From Bacteroidota bacterium (lineage in GTDB: Bacteria > Bacteroidota > Bacteroidia > AKYH767-A > 2013-40CM-41-45), in assembly GCA_039806065.1 (NCBI GenBank), contig JBDKJS010000124.1, forward strand, positions 1 to 46,304: a stretch of DNA of 46,304 nucleotides, written 5' to 3'. Positions 18,347-28,498 of the stretch are shown piece after piece. Numbering within the stretch: position 1 is the first letter of the stretch; each line of letters starts with the position of its first letter. Under the pieces are notes generated by a model. The model worked only from the letters and a program-made list of their open reading frames with translations, did not search any database and was not told the origin of the DNA. The position numbers and the translations under genes are program-made.

Positions 18347-19618
18347 CTATTTCCTTAAAATTGTTTGTGATCTATCGGGCCCTACAGAGACTATTGTTAT
18401 AGGAACTTCTAACTTCGATTCTATGAATGAAATATATTTATTCAATGAATCAGGAAATTGAGCTGTAGCATTAACCTTGGTTAAATCTGAACTCCAACAA
18501 GGTAAATTTTCATATACACAAGTTACCTCTTCGTCAACAAGATCATAGGGCATGTAGTCAATTTTTTTTCCATTAATTTCATAATGCGTACAAACTTTTA
18601 TTTGATCAAAACCACTCAATACATCGGCTTTCATCATAATAAGTTCAGTCACACCATTAATCATAATGGCATATTTAAGGGCAGGCAAATCCAGCCATCC
18701 GCAGCGTCTAGGTCTTCCGGTGGTAGAGCCAAACTCGTTTCCAGCCTTTCTTAATCGTTCGCCAGTCGCATCTTCTAATTCAGTAGGAAATGGTCCGCTG
18801 CCCACTCTTGTACAATAGGCTTTGAATATCCCTAAAACTTTTCCAATATTTTTTGGAGCTATTCCTAATCCTGTGCAAGCACCAGCGGTAATTGTATTTG
18901 AGCTGGTTACAAAAGGGTAGGAGCCAAAATCAATATCAAGTAAAGAGCCTTGAGCTCCTTCGGCTAAGATTGTTTTTTTGCCCTTGATAAATTCATTGAT
19001 AGTGTGTTCACTGTCAATTAATTTTAATTTTTTAATGGCATTCAAACTTTCCATCCACTCCTTCTCAATTTCATCAATATCAGCCGTAAAGTGGTGGTGT
19101 TTTAATATATCTAGATGTTTTTCTTTAAGGGCATTGTATTTTTCAATGAAATTATTTTTTTCTAAGTCGCCTACCCTAAGTCCATTCCTGCCAGTTTTAT
19201 CCATATAGGTGGGTCCTATTCCTCTAAGAGTACTTCCTATTTTTGATTTTCCTTTTGCAGCTTCACTAGCTGCATCCAGGAATTTATGGGTTGGAAGAAT
19301 AAGGTGCGCTTTTCTAGAAAGCCATAAGTGAGCTACTACATCTATCTTATGTACGGCCAAAGCCTCTATTTCCTTTTTAAAGGTAATAGGGTCTATCACT
19401 ACACCGTTTCCAACGATATTGATACAATTGCTTCGAAAAATACCAGATGGAATGGTGTGCAACACATGTTTAATTCCATTAAACTCTAGTGTATGGCCTG
19501 CATTTGGTCCGCCTTGAAAGCGTGCAATCACATCGTATTTTGGGGTTAACACATCCACTATCTTTCCTTTCCCTTCATCTCCCCATTGCAATCCTAATAA
19601 TACATCAACCATGATCAT
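18347..19618 (-). CDS. purA: Adenylosuccinate synthetase
   Basis: VLLGLQWGDEGKGKIVD P-loop, GIGPTY and TTGRPRRCGWLD motifs. Confidence 0.95.
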   Translation of the reverse strand: MIMVDVLLGLQWGDEGKGKIVDVLTPKYDVIARFQGGPNAGHTLEFNGIKHVLHTIPSGIFRSNCINIVGNGVVIDPITFKKEIEALAVHKIDVVAHLWLSRKAHLILPTHKFLDAASEAAKGKSKIGSTLRGIGPTYMDKTGRNGLRVGDLEKNNFIEKYNALKEKHLDILKHHHFTADIDEIEKEWMESLNAIKKLKLIDSEHTINEFIKGKKTILAEGAQGSLLDIDFGSYPFVTSSNTITAGACTGLGIAPKNIGKVLGIFKAYCTRVGSGPFPTELEDATGERLRKAGNEFGSTTGRPRRCGWLDLPALKYAIMINGVTELIMMKADVLSGFDQIKVCTHYEINGKKIDYMPYDLVDEEVTCVYENLPCWSSDLTKVNATAQFPDSLNKYISFIESKLEVPITIVSVGPDRSQTILRK

Positions 19619-19666
19619 TATGTTGAAGCCTAAGAGCTTCTATTAATTGTATAGAAATTTTAATAA

Positions 19667-20014
19667 TTAATTTTGAAATTGTTTTACTGCACTAGTAAGA
19701 TCGTCAGTAATAGTAAATACGGTGTTAAGTTTGGTGATGATTAACAATTCTTTTATCTTATCAGAGATAGCACAAATGGTAGTATCGCCACCATTTTTTC
19801 TTGATTTGGTAAGTATGTTTACCAATACATTAAGGCCATTGCTGTTTAAGTATTTAAAATTTTCCATGCTAATAACAAAGCTGGTAATTCCCTTGTTGAT
19901 CAATTCTTGAATTTCTTCAAGTAGGGGATTGGCTTGATTCTTATCAATCAAATTTCCTGACATTTCTACGATAGCGTAGCTCCCATTATTCTTTATTTTG
20001 TATTCAAAATTCAT
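19667..20014 (-). CDS. STAS-domain protein (anti-sigma-factor-antagonist-like)
   Basis: 115 aa with a SpoIIAA-like layout (...FVISMENFKYLNSNGLNVLVNIL...). Confidence 0.75.
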   Translation of the reverse strand: MNFEYKIKNNGSYAIVEMSGNLIDKNQANPLLEEIQELINKGITSFVISMENFKYLNSNGLNVLVNILTKSRKNGGDTTICAISDKIKELLIITKLNTVFTITDDLTSAVKQFQN

Positions 20015-20018
20015 ATAG

Positions 20019-20507
20019 TTATTTATTTAATTGTGTTAAGTGTTTGCATTGACCTTCATTAGCAAGTGTATTGCATTTGCCATAAAAGTTTAGTGAGTGA
20101 TGGGTTATATTGAAATTTAATAACTCTCCCATCATTGATTGTATTTGCTGCAAACGAGGGTCGCAAAATTCGAAGACATGGTTACAGTTTTCGCAAATTA
20201 AGTGATCATGTTGTTTGTATGCGAATGATTTTTCGTATCGGGCTAGATTTTGCCCAAATTGATGTTTGGTGATTAGATCGCATTGCAGTAGGAGTTCAAT
20301 GGTATTGTAAAGGGTAGCACGGCTTACAGCATATTTTTTCTCCTTCATTTTAGTATAGAGTGTATCTATATCAAAATGGTCGTTAGTAAGGTAAATTTCT
20401 TCAAGTACTGCATATCGTTCCAGCGTTTTACGGTGCTTGTGAAGTTCAAGAAAGTCAGTAAATTTTTTTACTACTTCTGGGTTAATTTTAAGTTGAGGTA
20501 CTTCCAT
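20019..20507 (-). CDS. fur: Fur-family transcriptional regulator
   Basis: Winged-helix N-terminal domain, then [15 protein letters not shown] (HxH, CxxC) and a C-terminal Cys pair. Confidence 0.85.
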   Translation of the reverse strand: MEVPQLKINPEVVKKFTDFLELHKHRKTLERYAVLEEIYLTNDHFDIDTLYTKMKEKKYAVSRATLYNTIELLLQCDLITKHQFGQNLARYEKSFAYKQHDHLICENCNHVFEFCDPRLQQIQSMMGELLNFNITHHSLNFYGKCNTLANEGQCKHLTQLNK

Positions 20508-20533
20508 TTATTACTTTGTGAAGGTACATAAAT

Positions 20534-21730
20534 TTACAATGTACCTGCCAGGCTGCTGACAGAATGAAATAATCTTTCCCAGCGTATTTTTTTAAATATA
20601 TTCGATTCATTTGTTTCCCAACTCATCCACACAAAAACGGCTTTGCCTACAATATGATCTTCTGGTACAAAGCCCCAAAACCTGGAATCTTGGCTATTGT
20701 GTCTATTATCTCCCATCATAAAATAGTAGTCCATTTTAAAGGTGTATGAATTAGCTGGTGTGCCGTTGATCCAAACTTGCCCATTTTTTTCTTCTACATT
20801 ATTTTTCTCATATTCTTGGATTGCCCTTCGGTAAAGTGCAATATTACTGCTATCAATTTTTACCACATCACCTTTTTTAGGTATGTATAATGGACCAAAA
20901 CCATCTGGTGTCCAGCTAAATTTTTCACTATTAGGAAAAATGCTGGTTCGGTTAAAGCTTAGTTTATTGAAGTCGTATTTTTCAATTGCTTTTACTATTC
21001 CAAAGTTTTTTAATTCTCCGGCTGTAGTCTCGGTAATGTTAAACTGATAATTTTCATGAGCACCCATTGCTAGTTGTTCTTGCATACTTTGCCAATCATG
21101 CCAACCGATTCGTTTCAAAGCATCAAAGTTGAATGCGCTACCATCAGTAAATACTGCATAAGCATGCTGCATCTGTTCAGGATTTTTTTGTGCTGTCCCA
21201 TTGATGAATACTTGCTGATTGATAATTTTAAGGGTGTCGCCAGGTGTTCCTACACATCGCTTTATATAGTTTTCTTTTTTATCAACAGGGCGGCCTTCGG
21301 TTTCGGCTGGGTAATTAAAAACTACACAATCACCTTTTTTAATTTTTCCAAATCCAGGAAGTCTGTGGTAGCCAATTTTAATCCACTCCAAATATGATTT
21401 AGCATTTCCAAACGGAAGTGTATTGTGCACAAAGGGAAATGATAGGGGAGTATTGGGTATTCTAGCTCCATAGCTCATTTTGCTAACAAACAAAAAATCA
21501 CCAACTAGAAGTGATTTTTCCATTGAGGATGTAGGGATAGTGTAGGCTTCAAAAATAAATGTGCGAATGATAGTTGCAGCTATTACGGCAAAAATTGCAG
21601 CGTCTACCCACTCTCTTAGGTTAGATTTTCGCTGGCCGGGTCTTGTTTTAAGTAAAAACCATACGCCAAGCGTAAATATTCCAAAGATAATATCTTTAAC
21701 TAACTCCCAATTGATTCTGATTTTTTTCAT
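20534..21730 (-). CDS. lepB: Signal peptidase I
   Basis: TM anchor, catalytic Ser box PTSSMEKSLLVGD, and GDNRHNSQDSRFWGFVPEDHIVGKA. Confidence 0.9.
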   Translation of the reverse strand: MKKIRINWELVKDIIFGIFTLGVWFLLKTRPGQRKSNLREWVDAAIFAVIAATIIRTFIFEAYTIPTSSMEKSLLVGDFLFVSKMSYGARIPNTPLSFPFVHNTLPFGNAKSYLEWIKIGYHRLPGFGKIKKGDCVVFNYPAETEGRPVDKKENYIKRCVGTPGDTLKIINQQVFINGTAQKNPEQMQHAYAVFTDGSAFNFDALKRIGWHDWQSMQEQLAMGAHENYQFNITETTAGELKNFGIVKAIEKYDFNKLSFNRTSIFPNSEKFSWTPDGFGPLYIPKKGDVVKIDSSNIALYRRAIQEYEKNNVEEKNGQVWINGTPANSYTFKMDYYFMMGDNRHNSQDSRFWGFVPEDHIVGKAVFVWMSWETNESNIFKKIRWERLFHSVSSLAGTL

Positions 21731-21842
21731 GCAGCAGGTAACAGTTTTTAATTATAGGATTGGCGAAATAAAGGTTGATAGTTTCCTGTTTTTCACTGCT
21801 GAAAGTTACGTAGCCAGCGTGGTATTATTTCTTAAATGAACG

Positions 21843-22580
21843 TTAATTGTTAACACTTTTTTCTAATAAATCGTCTAGTGTAAAAAAGCCTTCTTTGCCT
21901 ATGATCCATTGAGCAGCTATTAGTGCGCCTTTGGCAAATCCATTTCTGTTTTTAGCATTATGTGTAATTACAATCTCGTCTTCATCAGATTGCCAAAAAG
22001 TGGTATGCGTTCCCGGCACATCTGCTATTCTTTGAGAAAAAATATTTATGGTGTTGGCTGCACTCGATTGATCGTTGGTTACAAGTTGCCAATTTTGATA
22101 TTTGCTTTGGTTGGCTATGATTTTTTCTGCCAAGGTAATAGCAGTGCCGCTGGGTTGGTCTTTTTTTTGAATATGGTGCACTTCCGATATCTTTAACTGA
22201 TATGAAGCGTGCTTGTCAAACAAATGAGCGGCTATATTATTTAACTTCCAAAACAAGTGTACACCAATGCTGAAATTGGTTGAAGCTATGAGCGCACCTT
22301 TGCAGGCTGCAACTTTTTCTTTTACCTTTTCAATTTCTTGGTGCCATCCAGTGGTGCCACATACCATGGGCACGCCTGCTTCCAAGCAGCAGTACATATT
22401 GTGTAATGCTGCTGAAGGAATGCTAAAATCTATTGCCACATCTGCCTTTTTTAATGACTGGAGTGCTGCTTTGAGTTGATCAGAATTGTTGACAATGCAA
22501 TGGATTTGATGCCCATGTCCCAAAGCTATTTTTTCAATTAGTTGGCCCATTTTGCCATGACCTATTATTGCAATTTTCAT
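21843..22580 (-). CDS. dapB: 4-hydroxy-tetrahydrodipicolinate reductase
   Basis: MKIAIIGHGKMG Rossmann start and the EVHHIQKKDQPSGTA substrate-domain motif. Confidence 0.9.
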   Translation of the reverse strand: MKIAIIGHGKMGQLIEKIALGHGHQIHCIVNNSDQLKAALQSLKKADVAIDFSIPSAALHNMYCCLEAGVPMVCGTTGWHQEIEKVKEKVAACKGALIASTNFSIGVHLFWKLNNIAAHLFDKHASYQLKISEVHHIQKKDQPSGTAITLAEKIIANQSKYQNWQLVTNDQSSAANTINIFSQRIADVPGTHTTFWQSDEDEIVITHNAKNRNGFAKGALIAAQWIIGKEGFFTLDDLLEKSVNN

Positions 22581-22633
22581 ATCTGGGTGAATAAAGACAG
22601 TGAAGTCATTTAGCTAAATCAGTAAATATGTTT

Positions 22634-23182
22634 TTATTGTTTAAAATTAAAAGACAACCCCAATCCTAATGCCATTCCATTGCCACAAGGAATAATAGAT
22701 GGCTTTGGCTTAAAGCTCAGTTGGTCTGATACTTCAAATGTTCTGAGGTGGGCATCAACATAAGCATCAATGATATTTAGCGAGTACCAAACGCATCCTA
22801 AGATGATACTTAAGTCTCTATTTCTTTTGTAATAATCTTTAGCCTCGCGCAGTTGTTCATCAGTAATGTTTCCAAAATCGTCATTGGTTGATGGGTCATT
22901 GTCATATCGGTTAACCAAGGCAGTTTTAAATTTCTGATAGTTTTTTTGATTGAATGAATATGTATAGCCTAGCGTAGCAAAACCTAGATAGATGATTGGT
23001 GGCTTCCAATATTTCTTATTGTAAAACTGTCCTGCTCCAGGCAAAATAGCAGAAAACAATGTAGCTCTTTTACTATAAGCTAATGAAAGGGTGTCAATTG
23101 GTTTTTCACTGGCCTCTTGCGCATGTGCCTTGGTGAAGAGCAAAAGTAGTGTTACTGCAAATATTGCTTTTTTGAGCATCAC
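22634..23182 (-). CDS. DUF5683-like membrane-associated protein
   Basis: Signal peptide and the LFSAILPGAGQFYNKKYWKPPIIY motif. It occupies the conserved position between parB and dapB seen in Bacteroidota. Confidence 0.65.
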   Translation of the reverse strand: MMLKKAIFAVTLLLLFTKAHAQEASEKPIDTLSLAYSKRATLFSAILPGAGQFYNKKYWKPPIIYLGFATLGYTYSFNQKNYQKFKTALVNRYDNDPSTNDDFGNITDEQLREAKDYYKRNRDLSIILGCVWYSLNIIDAYVDAHLRTFEVSDQLSFKPKPSIIPCGNGMALGLGLSFNFKQ

Positions 23183-24087
23183 TAGTAATTGAGCAGGTCG
23201 AGAATTCGATTCAGGTCAGTATCATTGGTGAATGGAATAATTATTTTTCCACGCCCTGAGTTACTTCTTTTCAATTCTATTTTAGAGCCAAAGTGTGAAG
23301 TGAGTACGTTTTGAATTTTTGTGAACTCAAATGAGAGCTGATTTTTTACTTGCGTATCTTTCTTTTTCTGTTGCGATTTATTTCCTAATTCTCTTGCTAA
23401 ATCTTCGGTTTCTCTAACGCTTAGTTGCTTGGATTTAATTTCTTTAAAAATGTATAATTGATTTACTACATTGTCAACTCCTATGATGGCTCTTGCATGC
23501 CCCATGCTCAGGGCCGTATCTCTAACTGCTGCTTGAATTTCAGGAGGGAGTTTTAGCAATCGCATGTAATTGGTAACAGTGCTTCTTTCTTTTCCCACCC
23601 TCATGCTTAATTCTTCCTGAGTTAGTGCACATTCTTCCAATAACCTTTTATAACTAATAGCTACTTCAATGGGGTTAAGGTCTTGCCGTTGAATATTTTC
23701 GACCAAGGCCATTTCTAGCATTCCTTGATCATTGGCTATTCTAATGTAAGCAGGTATTGATTTCAGACCGGCTAATTTAGATGCGCGCCACCTCCGTTCC
23801 CCACTAATTATCTGAAACTTGTCGTAGCCAAGTTTTCTTACCGTAATTGGTTGAATGATGCCCTGTTCTTTAATAGAATTACTTAGTTCGGTAAGTGCAT
23901 TGTCGTCAAAGTCTAATCGAGGTTGAAATGGATTTGCCTCAATTTGATCCACCCCAATTTGGGCAATAGATCCTGCCAAACCTGCTGCAGCGCCTTCATT
24001 AGGTTTAATGGTTATATCGGTTTCAGTATTTTCAAGTAATGCGCTCAGGCCTTTGCCAAGGCCACTTCTGCGAGGTGGTGTACTCAT
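23182..24087 (-). CDS. parB: Chromosome partitioning protein ParB
   Basis: ISGERRWRASKLAG box and an HTH region. The gene overlaps parA by 4 nt. Confidence 0.93.
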   Translation of the reverse strand: MSTPPRRSGLGKGLSALLENTETDITIKPNEGAAAGLAGSIAQIGVDQIEANPFQPRLDFDDNALTELSNSIKEQGIIQPITVRKLGYDKFQIISGERRWRASKLAGLKSIPAYIRIANDQGMLEMALVENIQRQDLNPIEVAISYKRLLEECALTQEELSMRVGKERSTVTNYMRLLKLPPEIQAAVRDTALSMGHARAIIGVDNVVNQLYIFKEIKSKQLSVRETEDLARELGNKSQQKKKDTQVKNQLSFEFTKIQNVLTSHFGSKIELKRSNSGRGKIIIPFTNDTDLNRILDLLNY

Positions 24088-24893
24088 TCAGCTATGGGTA
24101 TTATTTTTTCTGACTGCTTAATTTTGGTAAGATTGTTTTTTTGCAGTATTTCTCGTGCCAAGTTAAGGTAGTTAACAGAGCCTTTGCTACTAGCATCATG
24201 CATGATCACTGTTTGCCCAAAGCTTGGAGCTTCGCCTAATTTAGTATTTCTATGAATTATGGTGTCAAATACCATTTGCTGAAAATGAGTTTTTACATCT
24301 TCCACTACTTGGTTGCTCAGTCGCAGTCGGCTATCATACATGGTTAACAATATGCCCTCTATTTCTAATTCAGGATTAAGTCTTGATTGTACAATTTTGA
24401 TAGTATTTAATAGTTTTCCAAGGCCTTCAAGAGCAAAATACTCACACTGTACCGGCACAATTACGCTGTTAGCAGCAGTGAGTGCGTTTATGGTTACTAA
24501 TCCTAAAGATGGAGAGCAGTCGATTATGATGAAGTCAAAATCATTTTTAAGTGGTTCAAACACTTCTTTCATCTTACGTTCTCTATTTGGGAGATTGATC
24601 ATTTCAATTTCAGCCCCTACAAGATCGATGTGTGAAGGGATGAGCCAAAGGTTAGGAGTTTCTGTTTGGATGATCGCATCCTTTGGATTGGTTTCATTGA
24701 TGATGCATTCATAGATGCTCAGTTTTACAGCTCTAGGATCAAATCCTACACCACTAGTGGCATTGGCCTGTGGGTCACTATCTATCAGTAGCGTTTTAAA
24801 TTCTAATACTGCAAGGCTGGCAGCCAGGTTCATGGCCGTGGTAGTTTTACCTACTCCGCCCTTTTGGTTTGCTATGGCTATGATTTTTGACAT
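24084..24893 (-). CDS. parA: Chromosome partitioning ATPase ParA/Soj
   Basis: Deviant Walker A NQKGGVGKTTTAMNLAASLA. 269 aa. Confidence 0.93.
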   Translation of the reverse strand: MSKIIAIANQKGGVGKTTTAMNLAASLAVLEFKTLLIDSDPQANATSGVGFDPRAVKLSIYECIINETNPKDAIIQTETPNLWLIPSHIDLVGAEIEMINLPNRERKMKEVFEPLKNDFDFIIIDCSPSLGLVTINALTAANSVIVPVQCEYFALEGLGKLLNTIKIVQSRLNPELEIEGILLTMYDSRLRLSNQVVEDVKTHFQQMVFDTIIHRNTKLGEAPSFGQTVIMHDASSKGSVNYLNLAREILQKNNLTKIKQSEKIIPIAE

Positions 24894-24926
24894 GTGTATT
24901 TCAGATTGAATGGGAGTATGAAGGTA

Positions 24927-25607
24927 CTAAAAAGTTAGGGTTTCGCCAATGGATGGCAATAATAGTTTCAAATCGGCATTTTCAAATTTTTGGATGGCTT
25001 CTTGGGTGTTTATTTTAATGGATTCAAATGTATTATAATGCATAGCTATTATGGTATTGCATTTAATAAAATCAGCTGCTATCACAGCGTTGTCAATTCC
25101 CATCGTATAATTGTTGCCGATTGGCAAGAAAGCAAAATCTAGTTTTTTATAGTCGCCAATTAGTTTCATGTCATAATGTAAGGCGGTGTCGCCAGCGTAG
25201 TAGAAATTGCCTTGATTGCTTTCAATTAAAAATCCCATTGGGCTGCCACCATAAGTGCCATCAGGCAAACTACTACTGTGTACGGCACTTACGCACTTTA
25301 CCTTCCCGAAGGGAAAATGGAAGTGGCCACCAATATTCATTCCATGCACATTGGCTACTCCTTTTTGTTTCAGCCACATACAAATTTCATGTGCTGCTAT
25401 GAAGGTTGCATTTGTGGTTTGAGCAAAATGGATGGCATCAGCTATGTGGTCTTCGTGGCCATGCGAAATGAGAATGAAATCGGGTTGAATAGTTGATAGA
25501 TCAATTCCTTTGGCTAAAGGATTGGGTGTAATAAATGGATCGAAAAGGAGCTGATAACCAGCTATTTCAATTGCAAAGCAAGAATGTCCAAGAAAAGTAA
25601 CTTTCAT
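24927..25607 (-). CDS. Metal-dependent hydrolase, metallo-beta-lactamase fold (UPF0173-like)
   Basis: MKVTFLGHSCF start and ILISHGHEDHIAD (HxHxDH). I prefer the ATG at 25607 over the TTG-extended track start at 25655. Confidence 0.8.
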   Translation of the reverse strand: MKVTFLGHSCFAIEIAGYQLLFDPFITPNPLAKGIDLSTIQPDFILISHGHEDHIADAIHFAQTTNATFIAAHEICMWLKQKGVANVHGMNIGGHFHFPFGKVKCVSAVHSSSLPDGTYGGSPMGFLIESNQGNFYYAGDTALHYDMKLIGDYKKLDFAFLPIGNNYTMGIDNAVIAADFIKCNTIIAMHYNTFESIKINTQEAIQKFENADLKLLLPSIGETLTF

Positions 25608-25744
25608 AATGTTTAAAGGCAACCCAAACGCGTGAATTAGACGTGAAAAATCCAATAATATTGGCTAAGGTAGCTTCATTGCAAAAATAAACTAATAAGT
25701 TGGTGTGAAGATTAAAGTTACCAACAAATAAAGGCGATGTTAAT

Positions 25745-25792
25745 AAATAAAAATGCTTGCTAGTGAGTCAAGATCAAGACTCACTGGCAAGC
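25745..25792 (-). terminator. Rho-independent terminator of the DUF3276 gene
   Basis: 15-bp stem GCTTGCTAGTGAGTC / GACTCACTGGCAAGC with one G-U pair. On the minus strand it is followed by ATTTTTATTTATT. Confidence 0.65.
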
Positions 25793-25816
25793 AATGGAAT
25801 GAATTTGAATAATTTT

Positions 25817-26167
25817 TTATGATTTATCTGAACCCAAGTCGTCAAAACTCACATCGCTAAATCCAGCCTTGTCGTTATTGGCATGCGATCTGGGCTCATA
25901 GTTTTTTTCAGGAACCGGCAGTGTACCAACATGGTTAACAGCTTCATTTAAGCCTTCAATGAATTTCTCAAAATCTTCTCTGTAGAGGAAAATTTTATGC
26001 TTTTCATAAACTGGGGCTCCATCATCACCCATTCTCTTTTTACTTTCTGTGATGGTGATGTAGAAGTCTTGCCCTTTGGTTGACTTTACATCAAAAAAAT
26101 AAGTTCGCTTTCCTGCTCTAACTGATTTTGAAAAAACGTCTTCTCTAGGATACTGGTTATCTGCCAT
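25817..26167 (-). CDS. PUR-alpha-like ssDNA/RNA-binding protein (DUF3276)
   Basis: KSVRAGKRTYFFDVKSTKGQDFYITITESKK...KIFLYREDFEKF matches the DUF3276/PurA-repeat pattern. Confidence 0.8.
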   Translation of the reverse strand: MADNQYPREDVFSKSVRAGKRTYFFDVKSTKGQDFYITITESKKRMGDDGAPVYEKHKIFLYREDFEKFIEGLNEAVNHVGTLPVPEKNYEPRSHANNDKAGFSDVSFDDLGSDKS

Positions 26168-26203
26168 AAATAATGCTAATAATATATTTCATTTCTTTGG
26201 AAA

Positions 26204-26211
26204 CAAAAATA
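26204..26211 (-). promoter_or_regulatory. Candidate -7 box TATTTTTG upstream of the DUF3276 gene
   Basis: Matches TAnnTTTG on the minus strand, 37 nt upstream of the ATG at 26167. Confidence 0.3.
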
Positions 26212-26326
26212 TTAAAAAAATGAATCAAGCAAAAAATGAAATTAAAAATGCATGCATTTTTAGTTAAATTTTATCCAATATTGTTCGGTCTTTTTGTTTC
26301 TTTGTGAATTAATACCTAAAAAATCC

Positions 26327-26767
26327 ATGTTGCAACGTATTCAAACCATCTTTTTGCTGCTAGCCGTTATTTTAACCGGGCTACTATTGTATCTTCCTGT
26401 TTATGAAATTAGGAGTGCTGTGGTGAGCGGCACCATTGATGAGGTTGAACAATTTATTATAAGTACCAATATCCCCTTGATGCTGCTCAATGCTGGGGTT
26501 GGTGTGCTGTTGGTCATTTCTCTATTGTCTTTCAAAAATAGAAATTTACAAAGACGCTTGTGCAACCTTTCATTGCTTTTAAGTTGTATCTTAATAGGCC
26601 TTTTATTTTTTCTGGCCGATCATGATGGAGCCAAACAAAGCAGTAAGGTAGTTTATAAGTTAGCAGCCTATTTTCCTTTGCTTAATTTACTTTTTATTTT
26701 TCTTGCAAGTTTTTTTATTAAGAAGGATGAAGAAATGGTTCGTAGTGCCGATCGATTAAGGCCCTAG
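26327..26767 (+). CDS. DUF4293-like integral membrane protein
   Basis: The ATG at 26327 gives MLQRIQTIFLLLAVILTGLLLY, a typical DUF4293 N-terminus. Four TM segments. Confidence 0.65.
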   Translation: MLQRIQTIFLLLAVILTGLLLYLPVYEIRSAVVSGTIDEVEQFIISTNIPLMLLNAGVGVLLVISLLSFKNRNLQRRLCNLSLLLSCILIGLLFFLADHDGAKQSSKVVYKLAAYFPLLNLLFIFLASFFIKKDEEMVRSADRLRP

Positions 26768-27663
26768 GGTTTAATGAAATAGGCTTTGAGCGAATCGCCT
26801 ATTGAGAAAAGATTTAAACTGCCATTGATGGTCCGTTTCAAGAGGTTTAAGGCAAGGTTATTTTCAATTTTATTTCTTAAAACTTCATCTTCTTGCCTTA
26901 GTTCATGGTATTTTAATGGCTCTATGGTAGCTGTGTGTTCCTTTCTTGGTGCATTGCTATTGCTTTCTTTTATCCTGCTTATACTTATTCCGGATGTAGT
27001 TACTTGGTGTGGCAGTAGCCCTGCCTTTTTATACAATAGTTTAATTGTTCTAGGGGTAAAATAACTTAAATGTTCAGGAAATTCTACTATGTTCCAATTT
27101 TTACCTGATAGCCATCCTGAAAGCGAAGAAAAATTGGGTGTGGTGATATAGCAAATTCCTCCTGGCCTTAAAAGGTCGAACATTTTTTTTGCTTCGGCTA
27201 GCGGATCGCTCACATGTTCTATATATTCAAAACAAGTAACCACATCAAAAGAATTTTTTGGGGCTAAAGAAAAATCAACATCACCTACACACATCGTGGC
27301 GCCTAGTCTATTGCTAACTCTTAGGGCATTTTTTTCCATTTCAGTTCCAAAAATATTCCATCCCTTTTGTTGGGCAATGGCCAGAAAATGTCCATCACCA
27401 CAGCCAATATCTATAAGATTATTTGTTTTGTTAAACGGCCTGAAGGACTGAAGTATTTCTTCAAATCGTTTAATGGTTAATGGTGGTGGAGTTTCGCTAA
27501 GCGGGTAAAATGCGTAGTGTTTTGATAGCGTAGCGGCATCAGGAATAAGCTGGGCAAATACAAAGCTACAATTGCAGCATTGCACTAGATGAGCATGCTG
27601 ATATTTATTGATATTTGTAAACTTGGTACCGTGGCAAATATTACAATGTTGATGCTTGTTCAT
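26764..27663 (-). CDS. Class I SAM-dependent methyltransferase with an N-terminal Cys4 zinc ribbon
   Basis: CNICHG...CCNCSF, followed by motif I LIDIGCGDGHF and the post-I/II regions (FDVVTCFEYIEHV, LRPGGICYITTPN). Confidence 0.8.
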   Translation of the reverse strand: MNKHQHCNICHGTKFTNINKYQHAHLVQCCNCSFVFAQLIPDAATLSKHYAFYPLSETPPPLTIKRFEEILQSFRPFNKTNNLIDIGCGDGHFLAIAQQKGWNIFGTEMEKNALRVSNRLGATMCVGDVDFSLAPKNSFDVVTCFEYIEHVSDPLAEAKKMFDLLRPGGICYITTPNFSSLSGWLSGKNWNIVEFPEHLSYFTPRTIKLLYKKAGLLPHQVTTSGISISRIKESNSNAPRKEHTATIEPLKYHELRQEDEVLRNKIENNLALNLLKRTINGSLNLFSIGDSLKAYFIKP

Positions 27664-27675
27664 GGGCCAGTTAGC

Positions 27676-28434
27676 TTAACTTAAAATGGCATACACATCG
27701 CCAAAGAAGTTGCCACTTCCTATGTGATTGGTTGCTGTTTTAATGATGGTGTCAGCGGTGAGATTGCTGTCACAGGCAAACTCTAGGTCTTCGCCAATGC
27801 AATAGTTAAATCTATAAGTATTGTTCAAATTGTATAGGTATTGAATACAATCAATTGTGTTTTGGATATAGGCGGGATTAAACTCAAAAGATATCATGCT
27901 AATAGGATGGCGAAGTCCTTTCAATACGTTTAATTCAAAGCCTTCTACATCTATTTTAATGAACTTTGGTTTTCCATACTTTTGGATTAATAAGTCGAGA
28001 GTGGTTGTCTTTACGGTATAAGATTTATTCCAAGAGTTATTTTTAAAAGTGCTTTGTTTTACAGTGTCTATGTAATCCTTTGACATGGATGACAGCGTGT
28101 GAGAATCACTTTCAAAAAGAGTAGCGGTTCCGGGTTTTTCATCCAAGCCCACTTGTTCAATAATCACATTGGATTTAAATTTAAATCTTGACTTTAAATG
28201 TTTTTGACAAAGTGGTTGTGGTTCAATTGCAATTACCTTGTTTGCAAGTTTGGAGAAAATGGTGCTACGCTGCCCTACATTAGCGCCTACATCAAAAACT
28301 AAATCGGCTTTGGAAATATGTTGTTGGTAAAATTTAGTTTGATTAAGAAATCTATGTTGATGCTCTGCGCGCCTATCATTGATTGGATAGTAGAGTCCTA
28401 AGCTAAGTAATAGATCTTTGATAGTATTTTTCAT
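27676..28434 (-). CDS. FkbM-family methyltransferase
   Basis: VFDVGANVGQRS (motif I) and KIDVEGFELNVLKG, the FkbM hallmark. Confidence 0.8.
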   Translation of the reverse strand: MKNTIKDLLLSLGLYYPINDRRAEHQHRFLNQTKFYQQHISKADLVFDVGANVGQRSTIFSKLANKVIAIEPQPLCQKHLKSRFKFKSNVIIEQVGLDEKPGTATLFESDSHTLSSMSKDYIDTVKQSTFKNNSWNKSYTVKTTTLDLLIQKYGKPKFIKIDVEGFELNVLKGLRHPISMISFEFNPAYIQNTIDCIQYLYNLNNTYRFNYCIGEDLEFACDSNLTADTIIKTATNHIGSGNFFGDVYAILS

Positions 28435-28498
28435 TGGCTAATGGAACTGTAATATTGAGCAGGTGAAAATAAGTTTTAAAAATTGAGTACCCAAAAAA

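Noticed and set aside
23182-24893. Looked for a canonical parS site (TGTTTCACGTGAAACA-like palindrome) in and around parAB.
   Set aside because: No CACGTG-centred palindrome was found by eye. The closest string (GACGTGAAAAA near 25640) lacks the other half-site. A pattern search allowing 2-3 mismatches would be needed to be sure.
24313-24909. Plus-strand ORFs of 133 and 64 aa antisense to parA. The same applies to the short ORFs inside the hydrolase gene (25121-25496), the symporter-operon genes, lepB (21074-21839) and dapB (21960-22479), and to those in and just upstream of the rdgB gene (45363-45678).
   Set aside because: All of them overlap genes with strong catalytic motifs on the other strand, and they lack any motif or start context of their own.
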